Source of the DNA: Eledone cirrhosa | Lineage: Eukaryota | Length of the DNA: 64,000 nucleotides | Assembly: GCA_964016885.1 (NCBI GenBank) | Contig: OZ024742.1 | Span: 216,876,001-216,940,000 of the forward strand | Direction: 5' to 3' | Part shown: one piece after another, positions 49,665-61,800 of the stretch | How the letters are laid out: the number at the start of each line of letters is the position of its first letter | How positions within the stretch are numbered: position 1 is the stretch's first letter | Notes under the pieces: model-generated | What the model saw: only the letters and a program-made list of their open reading frames with translations | The model's database searches: none | What the model was told of the DNA's origin: nothing | Position numbers and translations under genes: made by a program

Positions 49665-49849
49665 AGGCGGTGGATTGGCAGTATCGGTAAAGGATCAGGC
49701 CATTCTTTGACGTATAGAGTTACGGCCCTTGCCATTCTGAGTTCAAATCCCGCCAAGGTTAACTTTGCCTTTCATCCTTACGGGGTCGATAAAATAAAGT
49801 ACCAGTAATGCACTGGGTAATTGCTGGCCTTGTGCCAAACGTAGAAACA

Positions 49850-49850
<1 letters not shown>
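49665..49850 (+). mobile_element. tRNA-SINE within (TTA)n
   Basis: Full consensus match to other copies. Confidence 0.92.
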
Positions 49851-49890
<40 letters not shown>

Positions 49891-49895
49891 AGTTG

Positions 49896-49980
49896 CATTT
49901 ATCTTGCTTTATGTTCATACGAGTTATCTCCAAGTCACAACCAGTGACCTCAAGAGACAACAAGGTCCGCCATGTTCAAG
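49896..49980 (-). mobile_element. 3' tip of Dong family A
   Basis: Near-identical to 58810-58894; flanked by TTA/TAA repeats. Confidence 0.9.
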
Positions 49981-50020
49981 AAATAATAATTATTATTATT
50001 ATTATTATTGTTATTGTTAT

Positions 50021-50273
50021 TCCTTGAATCTCAGTCATTGATGTTGGTTAACTGGAAAGTCCGTTGGAATGAATATCAAGCCACTACCTGCAGCCTCAGA
50101 TATTCAGGACGTATCGGAGGGTTCTTGCTGTTCCAAGCAAGCATGCCTTTTGAAGCGTTCCAAAAAGCGTGAAGGGGCCGATTTTCTTTAACCATCCCTG
50201 GAAACTTTTGGAGATAGTCCCCAGTGCGCCTATGACAATCGGGATCACTTTGACTTCATGGCAGTTCCAAATC

Positions 50274-50274
<1 letters not shown>
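50021..50274 (-). mobile_element. 3' fragment of Dong family B
   Basis: Near-identical to 63176-63430; (TTA)n on both sides. Confidence 0.9.
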
Positions 50275-50329
<55 letters not shown>

Positions 50330-50330
<1 letters not shown>

Positions 50331-50506
50331 GGGGTAGTGGATTGGCAGTATCGATAGAGGGTCGGACGCCAAGCTTTGCAGCATAGAGTTACATCCCTTT
50401 ACGGTCTGATTTCAAATCCCGCCGAGGTTAACTTTTCCCTTCATTCTTACGGGGTCGATAAAATAAACTGAGATAATTGCTGGCCTTGTGCAAATAGTAG
50501 AAACAA
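50330..50506 (+). mobile_element. tRNA-SINE within (TTA)n
   Basis: A-box, B-box, core and tail present. Confidence 0.9.
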
Positions 50507-51592
50507 TTATTATTAATTATTATCAATAATAATATTTTAAATGCATAAAAGCCTTAACTGAACAAAGTACTCAATGCAAGATATTTATCTAAAATCGATT
50601 GACAGTAACTTTGAAGTTTCATTTTTTACTGCAAAGCTAGATTTAAGTGAACGTTTGAAGCGCCTGTCCATTCTTTTACAATATATATGTGGATAACTAA
50701 ATAAATATAACGCCGCGAATGATAGAGAAACGGCTGTTTTTATCTGGAATCCTAGTTTCTGACTTATGTTATAGTAACTGTCTATTCCCTCATATAATCG
50801 TTTCATAGTTTATCCTATAATGAAAACAAACTTCCATTCCAGTAATGAATCAATTTAGTTCCGTTATTGAATTCCCTAATCTATTAAGGTGTTACTTGCT
50901 ATACATCAATTCAATTAGGCGAGTTGGTTTAATATTTTATCATTACACGCCTAGCATTTGTTGTTAAAGTATTTGTGACTGACACGAAATACTGCAGTGA
51001 AACAAACACGAACAAACGATAAATAAAGAATAAAAACACTATGGCAGATAATCCTGAAAACAACATTAGGAATATCGGCTCTAAACATGAACTAAATTCT
51101 CATACATAATCACACGTATATACACACTCGGATATACATATACTTAAGTACAAACAGACACACAAGTACACACAAAAACATACACTTATGAGCAACAACA
51201 CGGGAGCTTTTGTTCTAAGTGATCACTGTCCTGCTAGTAATAGCAGAGGTAAGTGTCTTTCAAATTACACAACTGTAAAGGAATTGGAAGGACATGTAAG
51301 ACACATTATAATCCTAGGTATATAAAAAAATAGGGTTGTCATGACTAGAATTGTTCAAAATGTAGTCGATTCTATGAGCTCTTGTCTAGTGTAAGTTAAT
51401 CAAATGTAAAAAAATGGGCCACACGTATAGAACGTCAAGCTAATCCGTAATATCATAGGTAAAGCTGCGTTTGCAAATAATTCTACTACGGTATAAATTT
51501 AAGGATATATTAAATAGTTACATGCATACATATATACATACGTACATACATGCATACAGACATACACATACAAACATACATATATGTATGAA

Positions 51593-51630
<38 letters not shown>

Positions 51631-52535
51631 AACGAGCGTGTGTGCGTATGTGTGTAAATATGTGTGTATAGGCCTATGTAAGTATCTCTTTGTGTGAATA
51701 CGTATATATGTGTGACTGTGTATAAACGAAGTAATTGTATAACATTTGTATAGATTTGGCATATATATATATAGGTTTTCAAATTTATCTATGTTTAATG
51801 CAGATAAAGTATGACGTTTGCTTCATATCTAATAAATTTAATCCTTATATATCTTCAGTTACCATGAAGTATCATAACAACAGGGGTTTTCTCTTCCACA
51901 TCACAGATTTGTAATCTCCACATGTAGTCTCTCATTGAAATCCGTACATTTTATATCTCTTATAGGATTTCAAAAACACTTCTTTTGTATTTTTCCTCTG
52001 TGCCAAGATTTCACTTTCGATCTAAAAAGTTTTATTCACTTTATATGACGCCCACTTTTTCTCTTGGAACCATTCTCGCCTCTCTTTCACTGTATCGAGA
52101 AGAATGTCATTCGACAAATTTCAAAAACATTCTTTCAGTGGCAGTATTTAACCTTTGGCTCACCGACGTGCTGTGTCTTCTCTAACTGGTCTATCATTAC
52201 AGTCTTTGCTGTTTATCGAACCTTCTAATTACACCTCATCTTCGACACCTCAATCATACCATTAATTTTCACCCAGCTCCTCTCAGCTGATCTTAGGCAC
52301 TCTCTACCTCACAACTTTAAACCTTCCGGTTGTTATGAACTTCTATATTATATTCAATCTCTTCAGTTAGAAAATTTAAAGTTCCTTAAATGTCTTCATC
52401 AAATCCTGGACTTAACTTTTTTGTCTGTTTGGAAAAAGACATATACATACTGTATCAATGTCTATCGGTTTATTTACATATTATTGAGATCCATGATTGT
52501 GTGCATGTTTTGGTCTACACACACACGCGCGCGCG

Positions 52536-52582
<47 letters not shown>

Positions 52583-52716
52583 GCGCGCAAACACAGGTAT
52601 ATATATATATATATATATATATATTAACAATGAGCACTCAATACATATAATTAAGTTATTGATATTGTTCTACAAAGAATAAGGTTAACTGTCAACTATT
52701 CTTTATGTATACATAC

Positions 52717-52798
<82 letters not shown>

Positions 52799-53814
52799 CT
52801 CTACCGCCACAAAATAAGCATGTATGTATATATGTATATATATACATGCATATTTTGTGGTGGTGATCCGTTGGAACTGTTTTAAATACGGCGCCAGTGA
52901 ACCACACAACTCCTTGTTTTATCTTCTGATATAACTATATCATTTCTTGTGTATGTACATTTTTGCCAGCCTGTTTTATAGATGCCAATTTCAGATGTTT
53001 ACTTTATGTTTACCATTTGGCCCTCAACTAAGCTTTAGATTAAAACATTGTTTTATAAAAAATTTTCTGTAACCAGAAGAAACAATATCAAAGCTTTTTT
53101 TTTATCCTTAAAATTCCAATCGATTTTATTTTTCAAAACAAAAACAAAAAACAATTGAAACAACAAAATTTCTGTTGTATTTGCCTTAAAGAACAAAATA
53201 AATCTCTTTACTTATAAAACTCATAAATGCCACAATTTCAAATTTTATCAAGTGGGAATACAGAAAATTACCCGAAGCAGTAAAATCTATAAATGGCTGC
53301 TTTTGTTTTTCTAAAGAACAAGAAAATATTTCGACTCTTCGAAATAACACTTCTCTAAACTATTCCGACCCTTTTCGAATCTATTCAGTAAGAGAATTAA
53401 AAAAAAAACGAAAGAAAAAGAAGCAAAACTGAAACAGGGTAGTTCCAGCACGTTTTTGATTGCCTGTCTGTTCGTCTTTTATGCTTAAGTTTATGTATAA
53501 CGATGTTTTCTGTTGTTTTAGTTGCTGCTGCTGTTATTTAAAGTTTTCTATTTAAAAAACAACATTCTTTAAAAAAACAACATTCTAAGAAACAACATTC
53601 TTTCATTGATATTTAAACAGCGATGAGATATTACACACAAGCTGACATATTAGAAATCTTTCGTGTATTTTTACTATCCTATTTCCAAACTGGACTACTT
53701 GTTTCCTTATCTTTACGAGAACCTCAGCTTCTCAATATTTGCTACTTTAACATTTGTCTATGTTCCCTACATATATAGTTAATGTATTATGTTCTTTGTA
53801 TGTTCCATGTCCTC

Positions 53815-54690
53815 TAAATTCGAGTGCCCAATGGAGCCAATTTTGCATTTCATCCTTCCGAAGATCGATAAAATAGTACCAATCAAGTACTGGGATCGGT
53901 ATAGCTGACTGTAACTCCTCCTTTACCTTAAATTTATGCTTTAGTGTCTACCTTACAAATTATTATTATAACTATTAAGAGTAATAAGATTGCAGAATCT
54001 GTAGGGCGTCGGACAAAATTCCATCTTTTTATATTCCAAAGTTAATTCTATTCTATAAGTTTCCAGGGTGATATTTGTTACATTGTCCCAATGTAAAACA
54101 ACACTGGCAGAATCTTTTTAAAAGCATCGGGAAAAACGCTTTGCAGTATTTAATTTCGGCCCTTTACTTTCTGAGTTCAAATCCAGCCGATGTCAACTCT
54201 GCTGGAGTCGATATAATCGACTTTCATCACCCCCAAACTGCTGGCATTGGGCCTAAATTAGAAATCATTATTTGTAGGGTGGTCGATTGGCAATGTCCGT
54301 GGAACGTTGGACAAAATGTTTTGTGGTATGTAGTTACGTCCCTTTACGTTCTGAATTCAAATCTGGGGTCAATAAAATAAAATACCAGTAAAGAATTGAG
54401 GTCGATATACTCGAATTTCCCTTTCTCCCAAATCACTTGCCTTGTGCCAATTTTAGAAAGAATTATTATTAAATATCGTGAGTTAGTATAGATTATAGAT
54501 TTTCGGACAAAACCATTTTCGTTATTTTGTTATGCAGTTCAAATCCCGCCGAGGTTAACTTTGCCTTTCACTCTTACAGGGTCGATAAAATAAAGTACCA
54601 GTAATGCACTGGGGTTTATTTAATCGACTTTCCCCTCCCGCCAAAAAATTGCTGGCCTTGTGCCTATATAAGAAACCGTTATTTCGTTAT
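53815..54690 (+). mobile_element. Head-to-tail cluster of at least four tRNA-SINE copies of differing age
   Basis: Repeated core and tail motifs (gtcgataaaa, gccttgtgcc, tagaaa..attatt) at about 53850, 54200, 54370 and 54580. Confidence 0.75.
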
Positions 54691-55004
54691 ACACACACAG
54701 ATTTTACTTTTCTGTGTTCAAATCCTTCCCAGGATGACTTTACCTTTCACTCCATCGGTGTGTGATGAAAATGTTGACATCCATTAAGTTAACTGCACTC
54801 CTTTCTTAAAATAAGTGCCCTGTTTCAATATTAATATCTGGCCTCTAAGAAGCAATTATTGATTTAACTCCGAATAATAGCAAACTTTGATAAAATCTTA
54901 CTTGCCTATATCTTTATATTTAAGGAATGTTAGGTTTCTTTATATTTGATAATATTAATAATGATAATAATAAAAATAGCTATTATTATTATTAATAATA
55001 ATAA

Positions 55005-55043
55005 TACTTTCTTCATTGGCCACAGGGGGTGACATCAATCAAG
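55005..55043 (-). mobile_element. L1/Tx1-type 3' tip in (AAT)n
   Basis: Reverse complement ccccctgtggccaatgaagaaagtattatt matches 58700-58725. Confidence 0.7.
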
Positions 55044-55082
55044 ATAATAATAATAACTATTATTATTAATAATAATAGTTAT

Positions 55083-55270
55083 GGCGGTGAATTGGCAGTA
55101 TCGGTAGAGGGTTGGACGCCATGCTTTCTAGCATAGTTACGTCCCTTTACAATCTGAGTTCAAATCCCGCCGAGGTTAACTTGGCCTTTCATCCTTACGG
55201 GGTCGATAAAATAAAGTTCCAGTTATGTACTGGGTAATTGCTGGCCTTGTGCCTAAAGTACAAACAATTA
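55083..55270 (+). mobile_element. tRNA-SINE, full length
   Basis: Consensus copy immediately 5' of the truncated LINE. Confidence 0.92.
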
Positions 55271-55282
55271 TTATTAATAATA

Positions 55283-58200
55283 ATGGAATGGGAGGTGGGG
55301 TGGCAGTACTGTTTAGGAAAGGCCTGGATCTCGAGGTAAGGTCGATCTTCCGGGACCCGACGGGAAGTTGGTGGTCCTGGACGTGAACAATAACGAAGGT
55401 GGTGCCTTTAGACTGGTGGCCGTCTACGCCCCTACTGGGGCAGGACGGCCGGACTTCTTTAGACGCCTGGAAGCCTTTCTGGGTACGTCTCGCCCTTTAC
55501 TGTTAGCGGGGGACTGGAACGGCATCTTAGACGCACGCTAGGACTGTGTGGGAGTATCCGATAGGAGCGAGCAGTGCAAAAGCCTCAAGAACCTGATCAG
55601 CCAGGTACCGACTAGATTTCCCTAATGCGCCAGTGTGGACCTGAACTAACCGCATAGAGTCATCTAGATCGTATATAGACAGGATATTCATTAGACAGAA
55701 ATAGTGTAAGCTGTCCACGTTTTAAAACGGTCGCCTATTCAGATCATAAGTTTGTGATCTGTATGGTCGACCTAGATAAGACGCGTAGGTTAGGACCTGG
55801 TTACTGGAAGCTAAACATGTCATTTCCGGCACGTAAGGCTTACAGGGACCAGGTCAACAATTTAGTTAAGAAAAAGGTGACGGGGAGTCGTCAATAATAG
55901 ATGGTGGGGTCTCTCAAAATAGAGATTACAGTAATGTCGATAGAGTTTAGCAAAGAAGTAGCGTTAGAGAAAAATAGAAAGGAGGGGGGGGGGTAGATAG
56001 GTTAGACGAAGCTATTGGTAGTGGCATTGCAACTGACGTGCTAGCGACGAGAATGGCATTAGACCGTTTCTTCAATGCGAAACACGAAGGTTGCATTGTC
56101 AGAGCTAAGGCGCGTGCTCTGAGAAACGAAGGAACCAAAGCTGTTCGATGGGCCCGCGTGGCAGAGGTACAGCGTGGTAATAAAACCACGATTCCGTCTT
56201 TGACGGACCGAGACGGACACGAGCTGAACCATTCCAAGCGGATGTGTGAGGCCTTTCGCCAACATTTTGCTCGGGTAAGAGACGGTGGCGGGTCAGATAC
56301 GGTGGCGGGTTAGAGACGGTGGCGGACTTCAGTCCCTACCTCGATGGCTTGCCGCAACTCTTGACGGCCGACGCTGGGCGCTGCGAAAGGCCGATTACTT
56401 CAGCCGAGATTCAGGATGCCCTTGTCGGCTGCATGAGGCACAAGTCATCCGGTTTGGATGGTCTGCCCTACGAGCTTTACGGAATTATGCCAGACTTGTT
56501 CTCCAATCTGCTCGAAGCGCTCTACTGCAACTGGCAGCAAAACGGGAGTATTCCCAGTTCTGTGAGCCGGGGCGTAGTGACGCTGATAAGGAAAGACGAG
56601 AACAAGAGGGACACATTAGACAATTTCAGGCCCATAACTCTGCTCAACACAGAGTAATATTTTGGCCAGGGTGTTAACGAAGAGGTTGGCGCTTGTCATC
56701 GTGATTTGGTTGGGGAGGCGCAAACTTGCGCAATCCCAACCAGGTCCATACACGAAAATCTCCACCTAATGCGATACATCATAGAGAGGGTAGGGTGTAA
56801 ACCTGGCTTCGGTGGGGCTCTGATCAAGTTAGATCAATCGAAAGCATTCGATAGGGTCGACCATCGGTACCTGGAGGCTGTCCTCAAGGCGGCTGGCTTC
56901 GGCCTCGTCGTCAGAAGCTGGATCGCTGCAATGCACAGCCGCACCTGCTCGGTTGTCAAAATTAATGGCCACCTCTCGGAACCGTTTCAGGTCTCCCGAT
57001 CGGTCCGTCAAGGGTGCTCTCTCTCCTCCCTTCTGTACGTATTGACTTTCGAGCCTTTACTGCGGAAGCTGGAGCTGTTACAGGGCATCCCGCTCGAACA
57101 GGGACGCGGAAAGGCTGTGCCGGCTTATGAGGACGACATCACCGTGATGGTGTCGGACACCTCAGAAATCGAGGTGGTCGGCAACTTATTGGAGGAATAT
57201 GAAAGGTTGACGGGAGCAAAACTTAACCTGGAAAAGTCGGTGAGCTTCCAGCTCGGCACCTGGAGAGGCGAGTCCATGCCGTCCAACAGCGTCGTTAGGC
57301 GCTAGACGGACGGACCAGTAAAGTTGCTCGGGGTTTGGTTCGGGCCAGACCTCCAGGTGGATAAGAATTGGGACGAGGTGACGGGCAGGGTAGCCAGTCT
57401 CACCCAGAAATGGGCTGGGAGGAAGCTATCACTGAAAGGTCGGGCGGAGGTGGCGAACACGTACATCGCGTCCGTCATTTACTACCGTCTGACCGTCGAC
57501 CCTTGCCCCCGTTCACGCCTCGGCTTCTTGGAGCGGCTCCTCTTCAAATACTTGTGGAGGGGTCAGGTTCCGCTGGTGAGGCGATCCATCTGCTGCCAGC
57601 ACCCTCTACGTGGAGGGCTGGACATGCCGTGGCTAATGATGCGCAGACACGCGTTGAGGCTGCGGAATCTCCAGATATTCTGCCTAAACGGTGAACAGGT
57701 GTGGTCGCCGTTTGTCAGACGGACCTTTCCGCAGCTCGTCTCTTTGACTGAGCTGCAGTCCTGGGCCAAGAAGAGACCGAGACTGGGTGAGTGGCATCTG
57801 GAATGTTGCCAGGCACTCACTGCCCTCTACCAGTTCTATAGAGTTCTATAGAGGATTAGTGGTGGGCAAGTGCGACGACGCACTCGGAAAGGCTCTGGGG
57901 GTCGACGAAGTCGAACTAACCAGTCTGTTCCGGAGGACTTTCGAGCCGGGGACGATGAATAATTTCCAAAAATCCCTCGCTTGGCAATGCTACCGGGGGG
58001 CACTGCCGGTTCGAGATAAACTCTACATGCACGGAAGTGTTGTCAGACGGACCTGCCCAAGATGCGCGCAAAGCGACGAAACCGTTCTGCACACTCGTCC
58101 AGTATCCGTGCATTACAGACTTGTGGAGTTATGTCGAACAGCTGTTGTCGCGTGTAGAACGGATCCGGCTATTGGCCGAGTCCATAGTGAAGATCGACCC

Positions 58201-58468
58201 GCCGCCTTCATTTGGCCAGGAAGGGCAGGAAATTTTTCTCTGTCTGGTGGCAGTAGCGAAAGAGGCTGTATGGTGGACCAGGTTGAAAGGACTGAAGACA
58301 GACACTTTTCTCTTCGGCCAATCCCTCATCAACTTTTTCAAGTTTCACTTGGAAAGGAAGTTGAGGGTGAAGAGAGAAGTGCTGCCTCCCAGTACATTTG
58401 CTGAAAGGTGGGTGAATGTGGCGAGAATGGCCCGTGTGAGTGGGCCTACTCTGGTCATGCGCCTGTAG
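55283..58468 (+). pseudogene. ORF2 (APE endonuclease, reverse transcriptase, zf-RVT-like) broken by stops and frameshifts
   Basis: GGVAVLF, VAVYAP, AGDWNG, IDRIF, SDH, GPGYWKLN, KSSGLDGLPYE, FRPITLLN, LDQSKAFDRVDH, VRQGCSLS, YEDD (for YADD), CPRC...ETVLH. Split across ORFs 56038-58468. Confidence 0.95.
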
Positions 58469-58725
58469 GTGGGTAAATTTGAAGAGGAGAGGGGTGCCCT
58501 TCCAGAGTGCTCTCGAAGCGTCGGGTCGTTCAGGATTGGTGGGGTATCTGAGCGAACCCTGGGTGGTCATCCCCCTATTGGGGAATTTTTTCTTGTTGTA
58601 TTTTTTCTTGTTACTTTGTTATTGTTATTCATATTGTTTACTCGATTTTTCTGTAAAACCCCACTGTCCCAGTCTTTTGTATTTTCCCCTATATGTCGGC
58701 CCTTGTGGCCAATAAATGAAATCAT
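55283..58725 (+). mobile_element. L1/Tx1-type LINE, 5' truncated within the endonuclease domain
   Basis: Continuous APE-RT-zinc finger coding remnant plus about 250-bp 3' UTR ending ccttgtggccaataaatgaaatcatt at an AAT/ATT microsatellite. Confidence 0.95.
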
Positions 58726-58732
58726 TACTATC

Positions 58733-58792
<60 letters not shown>

Positions 58793-58808
58793 TATTATTA
58801 TTATTATT

Positions 58809-61800
58809 TCATTTACCTTGCTTTATGTTCATACGAGTTATCACCAAGTCACAACCAGTGACTTCAAGCGACAACAAGGTCCGCCATGTTCAAGAAAGAA
58901 CACATACACACATATATGTATCTTTAGGTGTTTAGACCTGTGATGTATTTATATTGACAGAATCTTCCTTAGTATATGGGCAGTTCCCATTAGTACTATC
59001 TTTTGTATTTCTTCTATACGCGGGTTTCCTGGGATTTGGGATAAATAATCATTAGACCCCTTAGGTATCATTCCTAGAGCGCCTACAACCACTGGTATTG
59101 TTTTAGTTCTCAACTTCCACATTTTTCCAATCTCTATCTCCAGGTCTTTAAACTTGCTCAATTTTTCAAATGTTTTTATAAATACATTCTGGTCTATTGG
59201 AACGGACATATCAATTAGTAGGCATACCCTCTTCTTAAAGTCCTTCGGTATTATATCAGGTCTATTTGCATCTATTTTTCGGTCTGTTTGGATGCTAAAG
59301 TTCCACAAGATTGAGATGTGATCTTTTTCAAGTATGGGAGGTGGTTGATGCTCCCTCCAATTCTTTTGATGGGATAGGTCAAAATGTTTACACATTACCA
59401 AATGTATGTATTGTGCAGCTCTGTCGTACCTGTTTAGAGCTATATGACTGCACTGTTGGAGCTATATGACTGCACATTGAAATTATATGATCAATGGTCT
59501 CTGGTTGTTTTTTACGTACACGGCATAATGGGTTGCATGGGTTTTTATTATGTTGGCTTGGTAATTTTTTGTTGGCAGACACTGATCTTGTGCTGATATA
59601 ATCAGTCCTTCGGTCTCGGATTTCAGTCCAGAGGATGCCAACCACTGATGGGTTAAAGTTTTGTCAACATCAGGATTGTTAGCTTTTACTGGGTATTTTC
59701 CATACAGAGGCTTTTCTTGCCATTTCTTAGCCAGTTTCTGTAGCAGTTCTTTCTTTGCAGTTAATTTTACCTGCTTTGCTTTTTCTGTTTTTTCATTTCA
59801 GCAGTAAATGGAACTTCTGAAATTTGTAGTCCATTACTGTATCTTTGTGCATCTTTTGTAATGGAATATGATCTTTTGATGCTTTCGTGTTTCAAAACGA
59901 GTTTGATCATCCAATCATGTGCTTCCCTTAGATATGTAGATAATCCAAGTGTTGCAGTTTTCAACGCAATATCTAACTGGACTAACCCACGTCCTCCTTC
60001 TTTCCTAGGGAGATATATTCTATCTGTATCTGCCTTAGGGTGATGCATTCTGTGCATAGTTAAGAATTTTCTAATTTTTGTATCGAGCCTACGGATCTCT
60101 GTGCTTGACCATTTGATGACATTGAAACTGTAGGTCACTACTGGTATGGCAAACGTGTTTATGGCATCGATCCTATTCCTTGCATTCAACTCCGTACTTA
60201 AGATTGCTCTTACTCTGCGGTAACATTCCTTCCTTACCCTTTCCCTCATTGTCGAGTGCTTGATTCCGTCTCCCTCACAAACACCTAGATATTTGTAAGT
60301 TTCCTCTTGATCAAGTTCTCTTATCACATTCCTCCGATCAAAATTAATGTCTGAACTTCTCAGCAGCTTTCCTCTGGTGAACGTGGCTTTGGCGCATTTA
60401 TCAAGTCCAAACTCAATTTTGATACCATCACTGAACTGTTTCACAGTGGATAATAGCCCTTGCAATTGCTCATCATTTTTTGCAAATAGTTTCAGGTCAT
60501 CCACGTAGAACAAGTGATTAATGGTTTTATCATAGACTTTATATCCATTTTTTGTTTCATTGAGCATTTTACTTAATGGTATAAGTGCGATGCAGAATAA
60601 AAGCAGTGATAAAGAGTCACCCTGAAAAATTCAACAATTAATATTAACTTCTCCAGCTTCCAGAGACTTTTTTTTTTCACTATTCAAAAGGAGTGTTGTT
60701 TTTCATGTTTTCATACTGAATGACAGGAATCTCCTGACAACGGGAGATATTTTGAAAATCTCTAAACACTTTTCAATCCAATTGTGTGGCAAACTATCGA
60801 ATGCTTTTTTGTAATATATCCAAGCAATCGATAGATTTTTGTGTCTATTATGACAATCTTCCAGTATTATTTTGTTAACCAAAAGCTGATCCTTACAGTC
60901 ACATGAGCCTCGTTTACACCCTTTCTGCTCAATGGGAAATAGGTCATTTGTTATCAGGTGGTCATATGTATATTCAGTTAGGACTGATGTTAAAATGTTA
61001 TACATTGTGGTCAAGCAAGTTATCGGTCTGTAATTTTTTGGATTATTTGTCTCATCATTCTTCGGAAGTAGTAATGTAATGTCGTTAACTGGCCTTGATG
61101 GAATCTTTTCTGGCTCCTAACCATTTCATTGTAAAGTTGGGCTAACAACTCATGAGACTCTGTGAAGGCATTTATCCAAAAATTTTGTATTTTGTCTTTC
61201 CCTGGGGATTTCCATTTGTTGGATTTTCTAAGAGCTAAACGCAGATGTTCAACTGTTATATTTTCCCATGTTTGTTCTCAAGGTGAGCTGTATCTTTCAT
61301 TCGTCTGTCTGAACATGAGGCGTGTATATTATGAATGTTTTCTTCGGCTCAGATCTTTTCCCATAATGTTTGCACTTCCTCCTTGGGTGGTATTGATTTA
61401 GCATTTATTGTTGACTTGCCAATTTTTCTGTACAAGTTTTGTTGGTTGTTTTTTAACATATTATTGTCCTTATAGAATCTACAGCGTTTTCCAAAGCGCC
61501 TTATACGAGCAGCTTTGGCCGACACATTTTGCTTGATTGTTTCTATCAGCATGTCTATGTCACTTTTTGATTTTATATTGTATTTTCTTTTCAATTTCCT
61601 AAGTTTAGTTTGTTTAACATGCTCACCTACTTTGTAGTTTGTTAAAATTTCTATGTCAGATCGGAGAAGGTTTATTTGGCGATTGATGTTCTCTTGCCAA
61701 GTAGGTTTTTTTGTGGGAATTCCTTTGTTTTTTCATTTTCACTCCACATAAGTGAGTGGTGACTTTAGCCGATTCATAATAGAGATGATTTAAATCAGTA

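Noticed and set aside
49620-50520. Repeat/spacer alternation superficially like a CRISPR array
   Set aside because: The repeats are variable-length (TTA)n, the spacers are retroelement pieces, the DNA is eukaryotic and no cas genes are present.
56281-56327. Triple acggtggcgg repeat in the LINE ORF2
   Set aside because: A local tandem duplication that disrupts a dead copy; no sign of function.
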